64,000 nucleotides of DNA, taken from contig JBODTK010000112.1 of the NCBI GenBank assembly GCA_050613775.1, positions 124,001 through 188,000 on the forward strand, given 5' to 3'. Positions 28,780 to 51,511 of the stretch are shown piece after piece. The first letter of the stretch is position 1. The number at the start of each line of letters is the position of its first letter. The translations under genes and the position numbers were made by a program. This stretch comes from Neocallimastix sp. 'constans' (Eukaryota). A model generated the notes under the pieces. It saw nothing but the letters and a program-made list of their open reading frames with translations. It was not told the origin of the DNA and made no database searches.

Positions 28780-29814
28780 ATGGAAGCTAATTTAAATACG
28801 CTAAATAATGCTGAACAAAGAAAAAAAAATTTACAAGAATTAAGGAATAGACGTAAAAATAAATTAAATAAAAGACAAATAAATGAGTAGGTGTTTATAT
28901 ATATATTTAAACACTAAAGTAAAATATATTTTGAAAATATTTAAATTATTAACTATTTTTTTTAAAAATATTTTATGAATTTATATATTAAATGAACCAA
29001 TACTTTTTTATTAATCGATATAATTATTATTAATATGAATATAATGGAATAAATATTTTTAATACAATAATTTATATTATTAGAAATAAATGAAGATCTG
29101 AAAAGTTAGATGATAATGATGAAATAATAAATGAAATTACAGTTGAAAGCGTTGTTGAAAAATATGTAAAAGAAACATTGAATAAGGAAAAAGAAAAAAC
29201 TTCTGAAATAGTAACAAATATTTACCAAATAATTATTTAATTTTTAATTCAAATTTATAAAAGAATTATATTCAATTTTTTATTTTAATTTTAAAAAAAA
29301 TAATGTAGTAATTTTAATGAAATAATTATTTATAATTATTAATATTATTGTTATTATATACTTTAAAATAATTAAGAATCTTCAAGATCTTGCTCCTAAG
29401 AAACCAAATTGGGATTTTAAAAGAGATCTTGAAAAAAAACTTGAAAAACTTGAAAAGAAAACCCAAATTTGCATAAATGAAATAATAATAATACGTAAAT
29501 CATATTTATAATAAGATTAAATCAAAATGATAATAATTAATTTATACATATATATATATATATATATTTTATTATTATTTCATTTTAAAAAAGCAAGAAT
29601 TTATATATAAAATTTAATGTTTATATTTATTCCTTTTAATATATAATTTTTATTATTATTAATATTAATATTATTATTTATCATTTCATTTTTTTCATTT
29701 TAATTTTTTAAATGTAATATTGACATTAATATATATGTGATATTTATAGGTGAACGTTTAAAAGAATCAGGGGATATTTTTTCAGTTCCAACTTCAATCG
29801 AAGAAATGTGTTAA
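28780..29814 (+). CDS. CWF18: Pre-mRNA splicing factor Cwf18 / CCDC12, 4 exons
   Basis: MEANLNTLNNAEQRKKNLQELRNRR... followed by NLQDLAPKKPNWDFKRDLEKKLEKLEKKTQICINEIIII-R-ERLKE, matching the cwf18 motif LAPKKPxWDLKRD..KKLE.LE..T...I..LIRERL. Absent from the ORF track because the exons are short. The exon-2 acceptor (~29096) is inferred from frame. Confidence 0.88.
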
Positions 29815-30647
29815 AATCATTTATATATAATATATTATAATTTATCCATAAATTACATTCTTTAACTTCACATATTATCAAACAATAATACTAATAATAT
29901 TTTTTAAACAAAAACTTAATAAAATCAATCATCTCCATACAAATCCTCTATAAATATTATTATTAAAGAAAATGGAATTATTTAATAATAATATTAAGCA
30001 TTTCATAATTTTATATATTAAAACTATTTTCATATAAATGATTATTTAACTTTTTTTTTTTTTTAAATCGAATTTGAATTGACTAATAATTATTTTCATT
30101 TAAAGTAAATTGTATGAAAAAATAAAGTAAAATATAAAAATATAAAAATATAAAATTGTAGACTAATATGTAATTTTTTCTCTAATTTATTTATAAAAAT
30201 TGGATCTATTAAATAAATTAAATAAAAAAATGTTAAAAAATTTTAATTTAATTAAACAAAGGACTATTCAATTCATTACAACGGAAAGGAATTTTTAAGT
30301 ACTTATCGGTGATAAAATCAGAAGATCCACACTATTAAGCAATATAGTAATTTTTCTTAAACTGTCATAAATGTCATTAATTATTTGGATAAATTTTTCT
30401 TAAATTAAAAAAAAAAAAATAATAATAATATTCAGAAAAGGATATTTATGACATATTAAATATTTTTATATTTATTAATTAGTTAACTTTTAATTCACAT
30501 TTATTAAAAATTAACAAAATATTTTTAGCATATAAACTTTAATAATTTACATAATAATTTACATTTAAATTCTTTTTTTTTTTTTTTTTTTTTTCTGTAC
30601 AAAAAAATATATAATCCATCCTTATTAAATTTAATTAAATAAATTAA

Positions 30648-30771
30648 AGTTAATTAATAATTAAAAAAAAAAAAAAAAAAACGGAATACTAATATTAAGG
30701 TGAAAAAGATTAACTTCACCTTAATATTAGTATTCCGTTTTTTTTTTTTTTTTTTTAATTATTAATTAACT
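30648..30771. repeat. Perfect palindrome, 57-bp arms, 10-nt spacer
   Basis: AGTTAATTAATAATT-A19-CGGAATACTAATATTAAGGTGAA / aaagattaac / TTCACCTTAATATTAGTATTCCG-T19-AATTATTAATTAACT. Confidence 0.93.
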
Positions 30772-30821
30772 ATATAACTGACTTAGTATATTAATTTTGA
30801 GACCAAAGTGTTTTAACTTTG

Positions 30822-30870
<49 letters not shown>

Positions 30871-31290
30871 AATAATATTAATAATATCAATAACGTTAAT
30901 AAATAATACTTATTATTATGTACTATTTATATGTAGTGAATGAAGATGGTAAGATAGTTTTATTATAATTTATTTTGAATAATTAAAATAAAAATAATTT
31001 ATTTGTTAAAAGTTTTAAAATGAATAAATATATTATTTCTACATAATTTTTTTTTTTTAATTTTTATAATTATTATTATTATTATTATTTTACTTAAACT
31101 GAAATACAATATTTATTTTTAATATATTTGAAATTTTTAATATAAATTTATGTATAATATTGTAAATTAATTATTCCAATAAAAGTTTTAATAACTCAAA
31201 TATGAAACATCTATGTAAAGAAATAAATTTTATTTATAATTAATTTAGCTTTTAAATTTTATATTTATTTATTTAGCACTTTAATTTTTT

Positions 31291-31321
<31 letters not shown>

Positions 31322-31507
31322 TTATGAATTTTTTAAATTATTAATAAGCTTTATCACAAAAAAAGTTTAATAAAAACAAAAAGAATTATTTATTTTTAAA
31401 ACTTTTTTTTAATACATACTTTATTTTATTTCAACATATTTCCTGATTTAAAAAAAATAATAAATATATTCCATTAATACATAATATATTTTACACCCAT
31501 AAATTAT

Positions 31508-31770
31508 ATTTACGGATTTTTTATATTTTTATGCATATTTAAATAAATATAACTTTAATTACTGATTTTTTATATTTTTATGTATATTTAAATAAATATA
31601 ACTTTAATTACTGATTTTTTATATAATTACTGATTTTTTATATTTTTATGTGTATTTTTAAATAAGTATGACTTTTATTAACAGATTTTTTATATTTTTA
31701 TATATATTTAAATAAATATATGACTATAATTACGGATTTTTTATATTTTTACATATATTTAAACAAATAT
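31508..31770. repeat. Degenerate ~50-bp minisatellite, about 5 copies
   Basis: TTAC(G/T)GATTTTTTATATTTTTAT..ATATTTAAATAAATAT..ACTTTAA recurs in tandem. Confidence 0.75.
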
Positions 31771-32575
31771 GTAATTATTATTACAAAAAAAAAAGTATTT
31801 TATTCAATAAAATTTATTAGTATTATATTGTAAAAAAAAAAAATTAAAAATTAAACCAATAGAATTTTTTTATCCAATAAAAATCAAATATAGGATACAA
31901 TTTTTATTAAATGCTATAACAATCAATTGAATTTATTCTCCAATAAAAATAAATTAAACTTTCAATCATTAAATATATAAAAAAGGAAAATTTTATAATT
32001 TGTTCACCTAAATTAGATTTTAATTTATTATTTATTACTAAGAAGTTTCAAAGTTTAAAAAACTAATTTATATGAAAAATAAAAATTAAAAATTATATTT
32101 ATTTCAAACATTTCTACATGGTATACATCTTTTAAAGAGAATGAATTTATTAATAATTAAATACATTTAGATATTTAGATATTTAGATATTTAGATAATA
32201 CATTAATAAATTAATAATATCCATATAATATTATTTTCTTCTATTTTTTGTGAAATTTTATTTATATTGCTTAATTTTTTATTATAACTTCATATAAAAT
32301 TATAAATTTTGAAATTTGATACTATTGAAATACTAATTATAAAACATAATAAAAAATTCAGTTTAAAAATAATACTAATTAAAGTTTTAATATTATTATT
32401 TATTTTGATGTAAACTTTTATTTTTATAAATTTATATTAATTTAAACAATTATATAAGTTAAGGTTTTTAAATATTTGGTATAAATTATAATTGATTATA
32501 TTAAATAAATAATTAACAGATATATTTAAAATGGTACATTAAAAAATATAATAAAAAATATTAATATATTAAATT

Positions 32576-32606
<31 letters not shown>

Positions 32607-32767
32607 GAAAAATATAAATATCAACAAAATTCACTTATTATAATTATCTTTATCACATTATTTTAAAAATATTTGATATATTTTTAAAAAAAGTATAAAA
32701 AATAAAAGAAAATATATTAAAAAAATAAAAAGTAAATAATAAACTATATATTCATCTAAAATAAAAA

Positions 32768-35700
32768 ATGAGGTACATAAACATATTACTCTTATCATTA
32801 TATTTCGTTTGTATATTGGCAGCAACAAGTAAGTGTGTTCTGATTAAATTAATCTATTTTATCAATAATAAATATTATTAATTAATTATTATTTAATTAA
32901 ATTAATTTTTTTTAATTTTTATCAATATTGTTTAAATTAATATAAAAACACTTCAAATATTATCTGAATCAATAGCTAAAACTCTTCCAGTAAAGAATGT
33001 TGTTACTAATGTTGCTCCAGCTCCAGCTTCAAAAACTCTTCCAGTAAAGAATGTTGCTACTGGTACTGCTCCAGCTCCAGCTTCTAAGACTCTTCCAGTA
33101 AAGAATGTTGCTTCTAATGCTGCTGTTACTTCCAAAACTCTTCCAGTTAAGAATGTTGCTACTGGTGCCCCAGCTCCAGCTTCAAAGACTCTTCCAGTTA
33201 AAAATGTTGCTACTGGTGCTGCCCCAGCCCCAGCTTCAAATACTCTTCCAGTTAAGAATGTTGCTACTGGTGCTCAAGCTCCAGCTTCAAAGACTCTTCC
33301 AGTTAAGAATGTTGATACTAATGCTGCTCCAGCTCCAGCTTCTAAAACTCTTCCAGTAAAGAATGTTGCTACTGGTGCTCCAGCTCCAGCTTCAAAGACT
33401 CTTCCAGTTAAAAATGTTGCTACTAATGCTGCTCCAGCTCCAGCTTCTAAGACTCTTCCAGTAAAGAATGTTGCTTCTAATGCTGCTGTTACTTCCAAAA
33501 CTCTTCCAGTTAAGAATGTTGCTACTGGTGCCCCAGCTCCAGCTTCAAAGACTCTTCCAGTTAAAAATGTTGCTACTGGTGCTCCAGCTCCAGCTTCTAA
33601 AACTCTTCCAGTAAAGAATGTTGCTACTAATGTTGCCCCAGCTCCAGTTTCAAAGACTCTTCCAGTTAAAAATGTTGCTACTAATGCTGCTGTTGCTTCC
33701 AAAACTCTTCCAGTTAAGAATGTTGCTACTGGTGCTCCAGTTCCAGCTTCAAAAACTCTTCCAGTAAAGAATGTTGCTACTGGTGCTGCTCCAGCTCCAG
33801 CTTCAAAGACTCTTCCAGTTAAGAATGTTGCTTCTAATGCTGTTGTTGCTTCCAAAACTCTTCCAGTAAAGAATGTTGCTACTGGTGCTGCTCCAGCTCC
33901 AGCTTCAAAGACTCTTCCAGTTAAAAATGTTGCTACTGGTGCTCCAGCTCCAGTTTCAAAGACTCTCCCAATAAAGAATGTTGCTACTGGTGCTGCTCCA
34001 GCTCCAGTTTCTAAAACTCTTCCAGTTAAAAATGTTGCTACTAATGCTGCTCCAGCTCCAGCTTCTAAGACTCTTCCAGTAAAGAATGTTGCTTCTAATG
34101 CTGCTGTTACTTCCAAAACTCTTCCAGTTAAGAATGTTGCTACTGGTGCCCCAGCCCCAGCTTCAAAGACTCTTCCAGTTAAGAATGTTGCTACTGGTGC
34201 TCCAGCTCCAGCTTCTAAAACTCTTCCAGTTAAAAATGTTGCTACTAATGCTGCTGTTGCTTCCAAAACTCTTCCAGTTAAGAATGTTGCTACTGGTGCT
34301 GCCCCAGTTCCAGCATCAAAGACTCTTCCAGTAAAGAATGTTGCTACTGGTGCTGCTCCAGCTCCAGTTTCTAAAACTCTTCCAGTTAAAAATGTTGCTA
34401 CTAATGCTGCTCCAGCTCCAGCTTCTAAGACTCTTCCAGTAAAGAATGTTGCTTCTAATGCTGCTGTTACTTCCAAAACTCTTCCAGTTAAGAATGTTGC
34501 TACTGGTGCTCAAGCTCCAGCTTCAAAGACTCTTCCAGTTAAGAATGTTGATACTAATGCTGCTCCAGCTCCAGCTTCTAAAACTCTTCCAGTAAAGAAT
34601 GTTGCTACTGGTGCTGCTCCAGCTCCAGTTTCTAAAACTCTTCCAGTAAAGAATGTTGCTACTGGTGCTGCTCCAGCTCCAGCTTCTAAAACTCTTCCAG
34701 TTAAAAATGTTGCTACTAATGCTGCTGTTGCTTCCAAAACTCTTCCAGTTAAGAATGTTGCTACTGGTGCTGCCCCAGTTCCAGCATCAAAGACTCTTCC
34801 AGTAAAGAATGTTGCTACTGGTGCTCCAGCTCCAGTTTCTAAAACTCTTCCAGTTAAGAATGTTGCTACTAATGTTGCCCCAGCTCCAGTTTCAAAGACT
34901 CTTCCAGTTAAGAATGTTGCTACTGGTGCTCCAGCTCCAGTTTCTAAAACTCTTCCAGTTAAGAATGTTGCTACTAATGTTGCCCCAGCTCCAGTTTCAA
35001 AGACTCTTCCAGTTAAGAATGTAACTACTGGTGCTGCCCCAGTTCCAGCTTCAAAAACTCTTCCAGTAAAGAATATTGCTACTGGTGCTGCTCCAGCTCC
35101 AGTTTCTAAAACTCTTCCAGTAAAGAATGTAACTACTGGTGCTCCAGCTCCAGCTTCTAAGACTCTCCCAGTAAAAAATGTTGCTACTGGTGCTCCAGCT
35201 CCAGTTTCAAAGACTCTCCCAGTAAAGAATGTTGCTACTGGTGCTGCTCCAGCTCCAGCTTCAAAGACTCTTCCAGTTAAGAATGTTGCTTCTAATGCTG
35301 TTGTTGCTTCCAAAACTCTTCCAGTAAAGAATGTTGCTACTGGTGCTGCTCCAGCTTCAGTTTCTAAAACTCTTCCAGTAAAGAATGTTGCTACTGGTGC
35401 TGCTCCAGCTCCAGCTTCAAAGACTCTCCCAGTTAAGAATGTTGCTTCTAATGCTGTTGTTGCTTCCAAAACTCTTCCAGTTAAGAATGTTGCTACTGGT
35501 GCTGCTCCAGCTCCAGCTTCAAAGACTCTCCCAGTTAAGAATGTTGCTTCTAATGCTGTTGTTGCTTCTAAAACTCTTCCAGTTAAGAATGTTGCTACTG
35601 GTGCTCCAGCCCAAGCTTCAAAGACTCTTCCAGTTAAAAATGTTGCTTCTAATGCTGTTGTTGCTTCCAAAACTCTTCCAGTAAAGAATGTTGCTACTGG

Positions 35701-37051
35701 TGCTCCAGCCCAAGCTTCAAAGACTCTTCCAGTTAAAAATGTTGCTTCTAATGCTGTTGTTGCTTCTAAAACTCTTCCAGTTAAGAATGTTGCTACTGGT
35801 GCTCCAGCCCAAGCTTCAAAGACTCTTCCAGTTAAAAATGTTGCTTCTAATGCTGTTGTTGCTTCTAAAACTCTTCCAGTTAAGAATGTTGCTACTGGTG
35901 CTCCAGCCCAAGCTTCAAAGACTCTTCCAGTTAAAAATGTTGCTTCTAATGCTGTTGTTGCTTCCAAAACTCTTCCAGTTAAGAATGTTGCTACTGGTGC
36001 TGCTCCAGCTCCAGCTTCAAAGACTCTCCCAGTTAAGAATGTTGCTTCTAATGCTGTTGTTGCTTCTAAAACTCTTCCAGTTAAGAATGTTGCTACTGGT
36101 GCTCCAGCCCAAGCTTCAAAGACTCTTCCAGTTAAAAATGTTGCTTCTAATGCTGTTGTTGCTTCCAAAACTCTTCCAGTAAAGAATGTTGCTACTGGTG
36201 CTGCTCCAGCTCCAGCTTCAAAGACTCTCCCAGTTAAGAATGTTGCTTCTAATGCTGTTGTTGCTTCCAAAACTCTTCCAGTTAAGAATGTTGCTACTGG
36301 TGCTGCTCCAGCTCCAGCTTCAAAGACTCTCCCAGTTAAGAATGTTGCTTCTAATGCTGTTGTTGCTTCCAAAACTCTTCCAGTTAAGAATGTTGCTACT
36401 GGTGTTGCCCCAGTTCCAGTTTCTAAGACTCTTCCAGTTAAGAATGTTGCTACTAATGTTGCTCCAGCTCCAGTTTCTAAAACTCTTCCAGTTAAGAATG
36501 TTGCTACTGGTGCTCCAGCCCAAGCTTCAAAGACTCTTCCAGTTAAAAATGTTGCTTCTAATGCTGTTGTTGCTTCCAAAACTCTTCCAGTAAAGAATGT
36601 TGCTACTGGTGCTGCTCCAGCTCCAGCTTCAAAGACTCTCCCAGTTAAGAATGTTGCTTCTAATGCTGTTGTTGCTTCCAAAACTCTTCCAGTTAAGAAT
36701 GTTGCTACTGGTGTTGCCCCAGTTCCAGTTTCTAAGACTCTTCCAGTTAAGAATGTTGCTACTAATGTTGCTCCAGCTCCAGTTTCTAAAACTCTTCCAG
36801 TTAAGAATGTTGCTACTGGTGCTCCAGCTCCAGCTTCAAAGACTCTCCCAGTAAAGAATGTTGCTACTAATGTTGCTCAAGCTCCAGCTCCAAAGACTCT
36901 TTCTGGAAAAGTTCATATTGCTAATAACGCTAAAACTCTTCCAGCTAAAGTAACAGTTACTAAAACTGTTATAGTTAAAGCTAATGGAGTACCAACCAAG
37001 ACTCTTCCAGTTAAGGATATTTCAAGTAAGGTACTTCCAAGCAATAACTAA
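32768..37051 (+). CDS. Secreted KTLP-repeat (Ala/Pro/Val/Lys/Thr-rich) protein, ~1378 aa; exons 32768-32828 and 32976-37051
   Basis: Signal-peptide-like MRYINILLLSLYFVCILAAT, then a phase-1 intron (GTAAGT...ATAG). About 75-80 units of KTLPVKNVA(T/S)(G/N)A(A)PAPAS or KTLPVKNVASNA(A/V)V(T/A)S (48-54 bp) follow, ending ...KVTVTKTVIVKANGVPTKTLPVKDISSKVLPSNN-TAA, with the exon's first and last codons in the same frame. Exon 2 has no start codon, so the ORF track missed it. Confidence 0.88.
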
Positions 37052-37734
37052 TATTATTAAAATCAAAAATTTGGAATATATGTATATATTATAAAATGTA
37101 AAAATATATATATATTTATGTATATTAATATTTGTTATAAAATATATAGTTTATTAAAAAATATATTTTCTATAAAATCATTATTTATATCATTGATTAA
37201 AAATTAGAAATAATCATTTATTATATTTCATATTAAATAAAAATATTTTATTACTAAGAGTTGATCCCTTAGTAAAATTATTTTTTCCATAATTAAATTA
37301 TTTTTGTAATTTATTAAGTATTTTTTATAAAATATTATAAGATTTTACTTTAGTGATTTATTAAAATAAATCTAAAAAGAAATAAAAAGATATAAATAGA
37401 AAAGAAAAAAAAATTAGAATTAAAATTAAACATAATGGTGTACAAAAATCATTAATTAATAAATAAATAATAATAAAATATAATATTAGTTTTTCTTTTT
37501 TTCTTATTTATATTATTATGAAATATAAACTTGAAATTTTATAATTTTATTTATATTTTAATAAATATATTTTTAGTACTATTTTTAATTTATTTTTTTG
37601 TTTTATTTCTATGATTACTTCGATTTCATTTTACTCTAATTTGTTTTTTATTTATATTATTATTACATTTTATTAATTTTTTTTTTTTTTTTTATTTTTA
37701 TTTTTAGTTTTATTTTTATTATTATTTTTATTTT

Positions 37735-37990
37735 ATTCAATTTGTACTTTATATTTATATTCTACTATTTATTTTATTTTATTTTATTTTATTCAATTCG
37801 TACTTTATATTCATATTCTACTATTTATTTTATTTTATTTTATTTTATTTTATTTTATTTTATTTTATTTTATTTTATTTTATTTTATTTTATTTTATTC
37901 AATTTGTACTTTATACTCATATTCTACTATTTATTATATTTTATTTTATTTTATTCAATTTGTACTTTATATTCATATTCTACTATTTAT
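37735..37990. repeat. Four copies of the ~36-bp motif separated by (TTTTA)n
   Basis: ATTCAATT(T/C)GTACTTTATA(T/C)T(C/T)ATATTCTACTATTT at ~37735, 37791, 37897 and 37954. Same motif as at 9754 and 10351. Confidence 0.85.
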
Positions 37991-38088
37991 ATAATTTATT
38001 TTATTTTACTTTTATATATAAATCTTATTTTATATAATATTATTTTTATTCGTTTTTGTATTTTTATATTTAATAAAAAAAAAAAAAA

Positions 38089-38119
<31 letters not shown>

Positions 38120-38578
38120 TTGAAAACCTAATAAGCTTTTTGTATAAAATAGTAATAATAATAGTATTAATAATAATAATAATAAATAAATAAAAAAATA
38201 AATAAAAAGTTGTTTAATATATATTAAAGGTTAATTATAAATATGAGATAAAAATTATAAATATAAATTATATTGTTCCTTTTATATATATTAGAATTTT
38301 AAATGAACAAGAAAATAATATGAAATAAATAATCTATTTATTTATTTATTTCAATAATACACTAAAATATATATATATTATTATTATTATTAATTTAATT
38401 TTAAAATGATGATAGATTTTATTTTATTTTATTTTATTTATGAATAATATAAAAATTAAAAATAAAGAAAAAAAAATGGATATAAAAATGGTTTACAAAT
38501 AGAATATAATTATATATATATAATTATATTAATTAATTATGTAAATATTTAAAATGAAGTAAAAAGTAATAATAATAA

Positions 38579-38623
<45 letters not shown>

Positions 38624-38702
38624 ATATTAAAAGAAATATAGTATATAATATATTAAATTATTGTTCTGTTTTATTTAAATCAATATTAATGTCGATATTT
38701 AA

Positions 38703-47548
<8,846 letters not shown>

Positions 47549-47662
47549 TGTATTTAATTTATTAGTTTATTAATTTTAATAGTAATGGAAACAATTAATT
47601 TTGTATCTTTTAAATGTATAATAGAAATAAAAAAAAATAAAGAAAAAAAATAAATAAATACA

Positions 47663-47721
<59 letters not shown>

Positions 47722-48823
47722 ATAAAGAGGTAAAATAGAGAAAAAAAATATTATAAATTTTGCAAAACTTAATAAGTCTATTTTTATTAAATAAATATAT
47801 ATATATTATTTGTTTTATTGAAGCATAAAATAACAAAATAAAAAAAATTAAATTTTTAAAAATTGACAGTAAAAAAGCAAATATATATTAATATAATAAT
47901 ATTTAAAACATATATTTCTATATAGTATATCAAAATGGTTTTTTATAATTATGTAATAATAATATGGTAATATTGTTAACAATATTTTTAATATTTAAAA
48001 TACTATATTCAGAGCATATATATTATTTTTAATATGTTTTTTTTTTAAATTATATAAATGATACATCTTAGTATATATAAAAAAATTTTTAATTTAAATT
48101 GGTTTTAATAAAGGTTAGATCAAAATTTATGTGGAATAATTTATTATTAAACAAAATTTATACAAATGAATTAACACACTTTCACTGTATTAATATTTAT
48201 TATATATATAAATATTTTACATATTAATAGATTATAAGTCCTTAATAAACCAAAAATTTACAATTATAAATTTTTATAAGAACATTTTGATATTAATATA
48301 AAGAAGAAATTATAAATTATCTATTTTCTATATAAACTATTAAATAGGATTACATTTTTATTTGATATTTATCTTTTCATTAAATTTATATAATTTTAAC
48401 ATCTAGTTTTTAAATTATTATTTAATTTTTAATTTAGAAATTCATAAAATTATGTTTAACAAGTTTCTAATTATATTTTATTTATATTCTAATTCAATAA
48501 ATAAAATTATATTTACAATAATAAATCATGAAATTTTTTCCATAAGTTTTTTTTTTTTTTTTTTTTTATGAACAATGATAATAATTTCAATTTATATTAT
48601 AAAAATAATATCATGAGTAGTAAAGATAAATTTTACATTTTTATTATTATTATTTTTTTTTTTTTTTACAAATATCATATATAATAATTTCCATAATGAT
48701 ATATGAATAGTTATTATATTTTTCATAAATCTTTATTATTGCTTCTTGTATTAATATTTAATATTTTATAAATTTTATTTGTTATAAAAGTAAAAAAACA
48801 AGAATAAGATTTAATTTCTTCAA

Positions 48824-48857
<34 letters not shown>

Positions 48858-48925
48858 TATTATTTTATAAAATTTAGTGGTACAAGAATTAATATTAATT
48901 TTTATGCTTTTGTTTTTGTTTTTGT

Positions 48926-48957
<32 letters not shown>

Positions 48958-50460
48958 TGTTTTTTGTTTTTTGTTATATTTTGATTTTCTTTTTTCTTTT
49001 TTTTTTTTTTTTTTTTATTTTTTATTAATATTAAATACTAAAAGGAATAATTATATATATAAATATATAGAAATATATTTATCTATATATAATATATATA
49101 TATTTTCCAATAAAATGACTATATAAATGGAAACTTATAAAAAGTTTAAATTAGAAACATTTAAAGATAGTCTTGAAATGTTCATTAAAAACCGGCTTTG
49201 TTGCTTCATATATCACATCAATTTATTTATTTTTGTCAATGAATATAAATTATATATATTGAATGGTTTAATAATAACGACAATATAATTATAATATTAA
49301 TAATTATAATTAGTTTAAATTCATTTTAAAAATATTTATTTTTCACTAATATATATAGAATTTTAAATTAATAAAAATAAAACATATATGAAGACTTCAT
49401 ACATAAGTACTATACTTTATAGCTCAAACTTTAACCTTATTTAATATCTTTTTTTGTTTTAACAAGGGATAATTAATTGTTGTGTTTTAGGAAATGTAAA
49501 TAAATTATTTTAATTTATATATATTGAAGTAAATTTTCTTAAATATTAATTTTTATTTTAAATGTATAAATAGAAATATAGAATTTTAAATTATCAAATA
49601 AGTTTAATGGATGTAATAAAAGTATTTCGTCAATGGCATTGTTTATCAATAATAAATATGTTATATATAAATTATACCATAAATATATTTATAGCTAAAT
49701 TTATTGTTTGTTATAGGAAATCATAACAATAAATATAATATTTATAATTTCATATCTACTATTTAAATATATTCCAAGGCTTATTAATCATAACTATACA
49801 GCAACTGATTTAGAAGGAAAATATTAATGAAAAAATGTAAAATTATTTAAAAATAATATATTCTTTTATTGTAATACGATACTTAGGAATGGCGTGTAAA
49901 AGATATAGAATATTTAACTGATTTTTTGGATTAATATTTTATTCTTAATTCAAAATTTTCTACATAATTAATAATCTATTATTAGATAATAATTCACTAC
50001 AAAATGAACATGCAAGTAATATCGAAAATTCAAAGTAAAAAATTTTATATATAATATATAAATATTTATTTTTATATATTAGAATTAATTAAATAATTAA
50101 TAAATGAAAACACTTTATTATAGATAAAAAATATATATATATATATTTTATCAAAAGAAAAAACATGAAATAAAAAACAAAAAGAACAAAATAAAAAACA
50201 AGTAATAATTGGGTTGTCTTAATTGAAATAGTTATGAAAATTAAAATTACGTTTATTTATTATAAAATATATATATTTATATTTATATAAAAGAAGAGTA
50301 TCGCTTTTCTATGGTATAAATATTTTAGTTTCATTTTGTATATTAGAAATACTCATTTTCATATTTAAAAATGAACATATATATTTTAAATTCCAGTTTT
50401 AATAAATAAAACATATCAATACTTAATAGAAATATATGTGTAAATTTAGCTTAAAATAAA

Positions 50461-50501
<41 letters not shown>

Positions 50502-50829
50502 ATACAAAATATTACTTTATATTATTTTAAAAAATATAAATTATTAATACATTAATAATTTTCATTAATAATCAACTATATATAAAAAAATAATTATACA
50601 ATATATATATCAAAATATTCTGAATAATAATTAAAATACATCTTAATAAACTGAATTGAATTGAATGAATAAATCAAAAAATAGATATAACAGATTGTAT
50701 ATATATGAAGAGCTAAATTTAATTATTTTTCTCCTTTATGGTTATTTTTTTATTCTATTAAATATAAATAGAAATTCAATTCGAGCATTATTAAAATAAA
50801 TTATATATAAGTAAAAATTAAAATTAAAA

Positions 50830-50885
<56 letters not shown>

Positions 50886-50888
<3 letters not shown>

Positions 50889-51479
50889 CATTGTTACTCT
50901 TTGGTCATCTAAACGAGATAGCATCATTCTTTCTACTGCATTTTCCACTTCACTTAAAGCTGTTTCAAATTTTGCATTTGATTTTTTTGATTTTAATGAA
51001 TTTTTTATATTCTTATTTGAAGATTTGCTTTTTAATTTATTGAAGAAACTGAATTTTCTTTTATTAGTACTTTCATCAAAAATATATTTATTTCTAAATT
51101 CATCAGGTTTGTTTTGATATAATTTTCTTGTATTATCTTTTAATGTATACGTACTAGTTGCTTTTTTAAGTAATTTAGTATTATCATTTTTAAGATGCTA
51201 AAAAATAAAAATCATTTAATAGTGTTTAATTATTAAACAACATATATATTTATTATTATATTTATTATTATTATCAAATATTGTTGGTGGTTGTTTTATT
51301 TATTTAATTATATTATTGTCATTAATTAATATTTAATATTTAAATTTTGTATTTTTCATAGAAAAACAAAAAAAAAAAAAAAAGAATCAAACAGATATAT
51401 TTTTAATATTTATAATAATAATACACATATATATATATATATTTTAATATTTATTTTTAAAAATCTATGATAAAATTAG

Positions 51480-51511
<32 letters not shown>

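Noticed and set aside
32953..36854. Minus-strand (VATFLTGRVLEAGAGA)n ORFs and + strand (MLLLVLQ..)n ORFs
   Set aside because: Alternative-frame or antisense read-outs of the KTLPVKNV repeat gene. They are interrupted by stops, unlike the KTLP frame.
37735..37990. CRISPR-like look of ~36-bp repeats with spacers
   Set aside because: The spacers are (TTTTA)n of variable length, not unique sequences. There are no cas genes and the context is eukaryotic.
49115..50040. Possible decayed gene fragments (METYKKFKLETFKDSLEMFIKNRLCC...)
   Set aside because: No consistent frame, splice model or recognisable motif.
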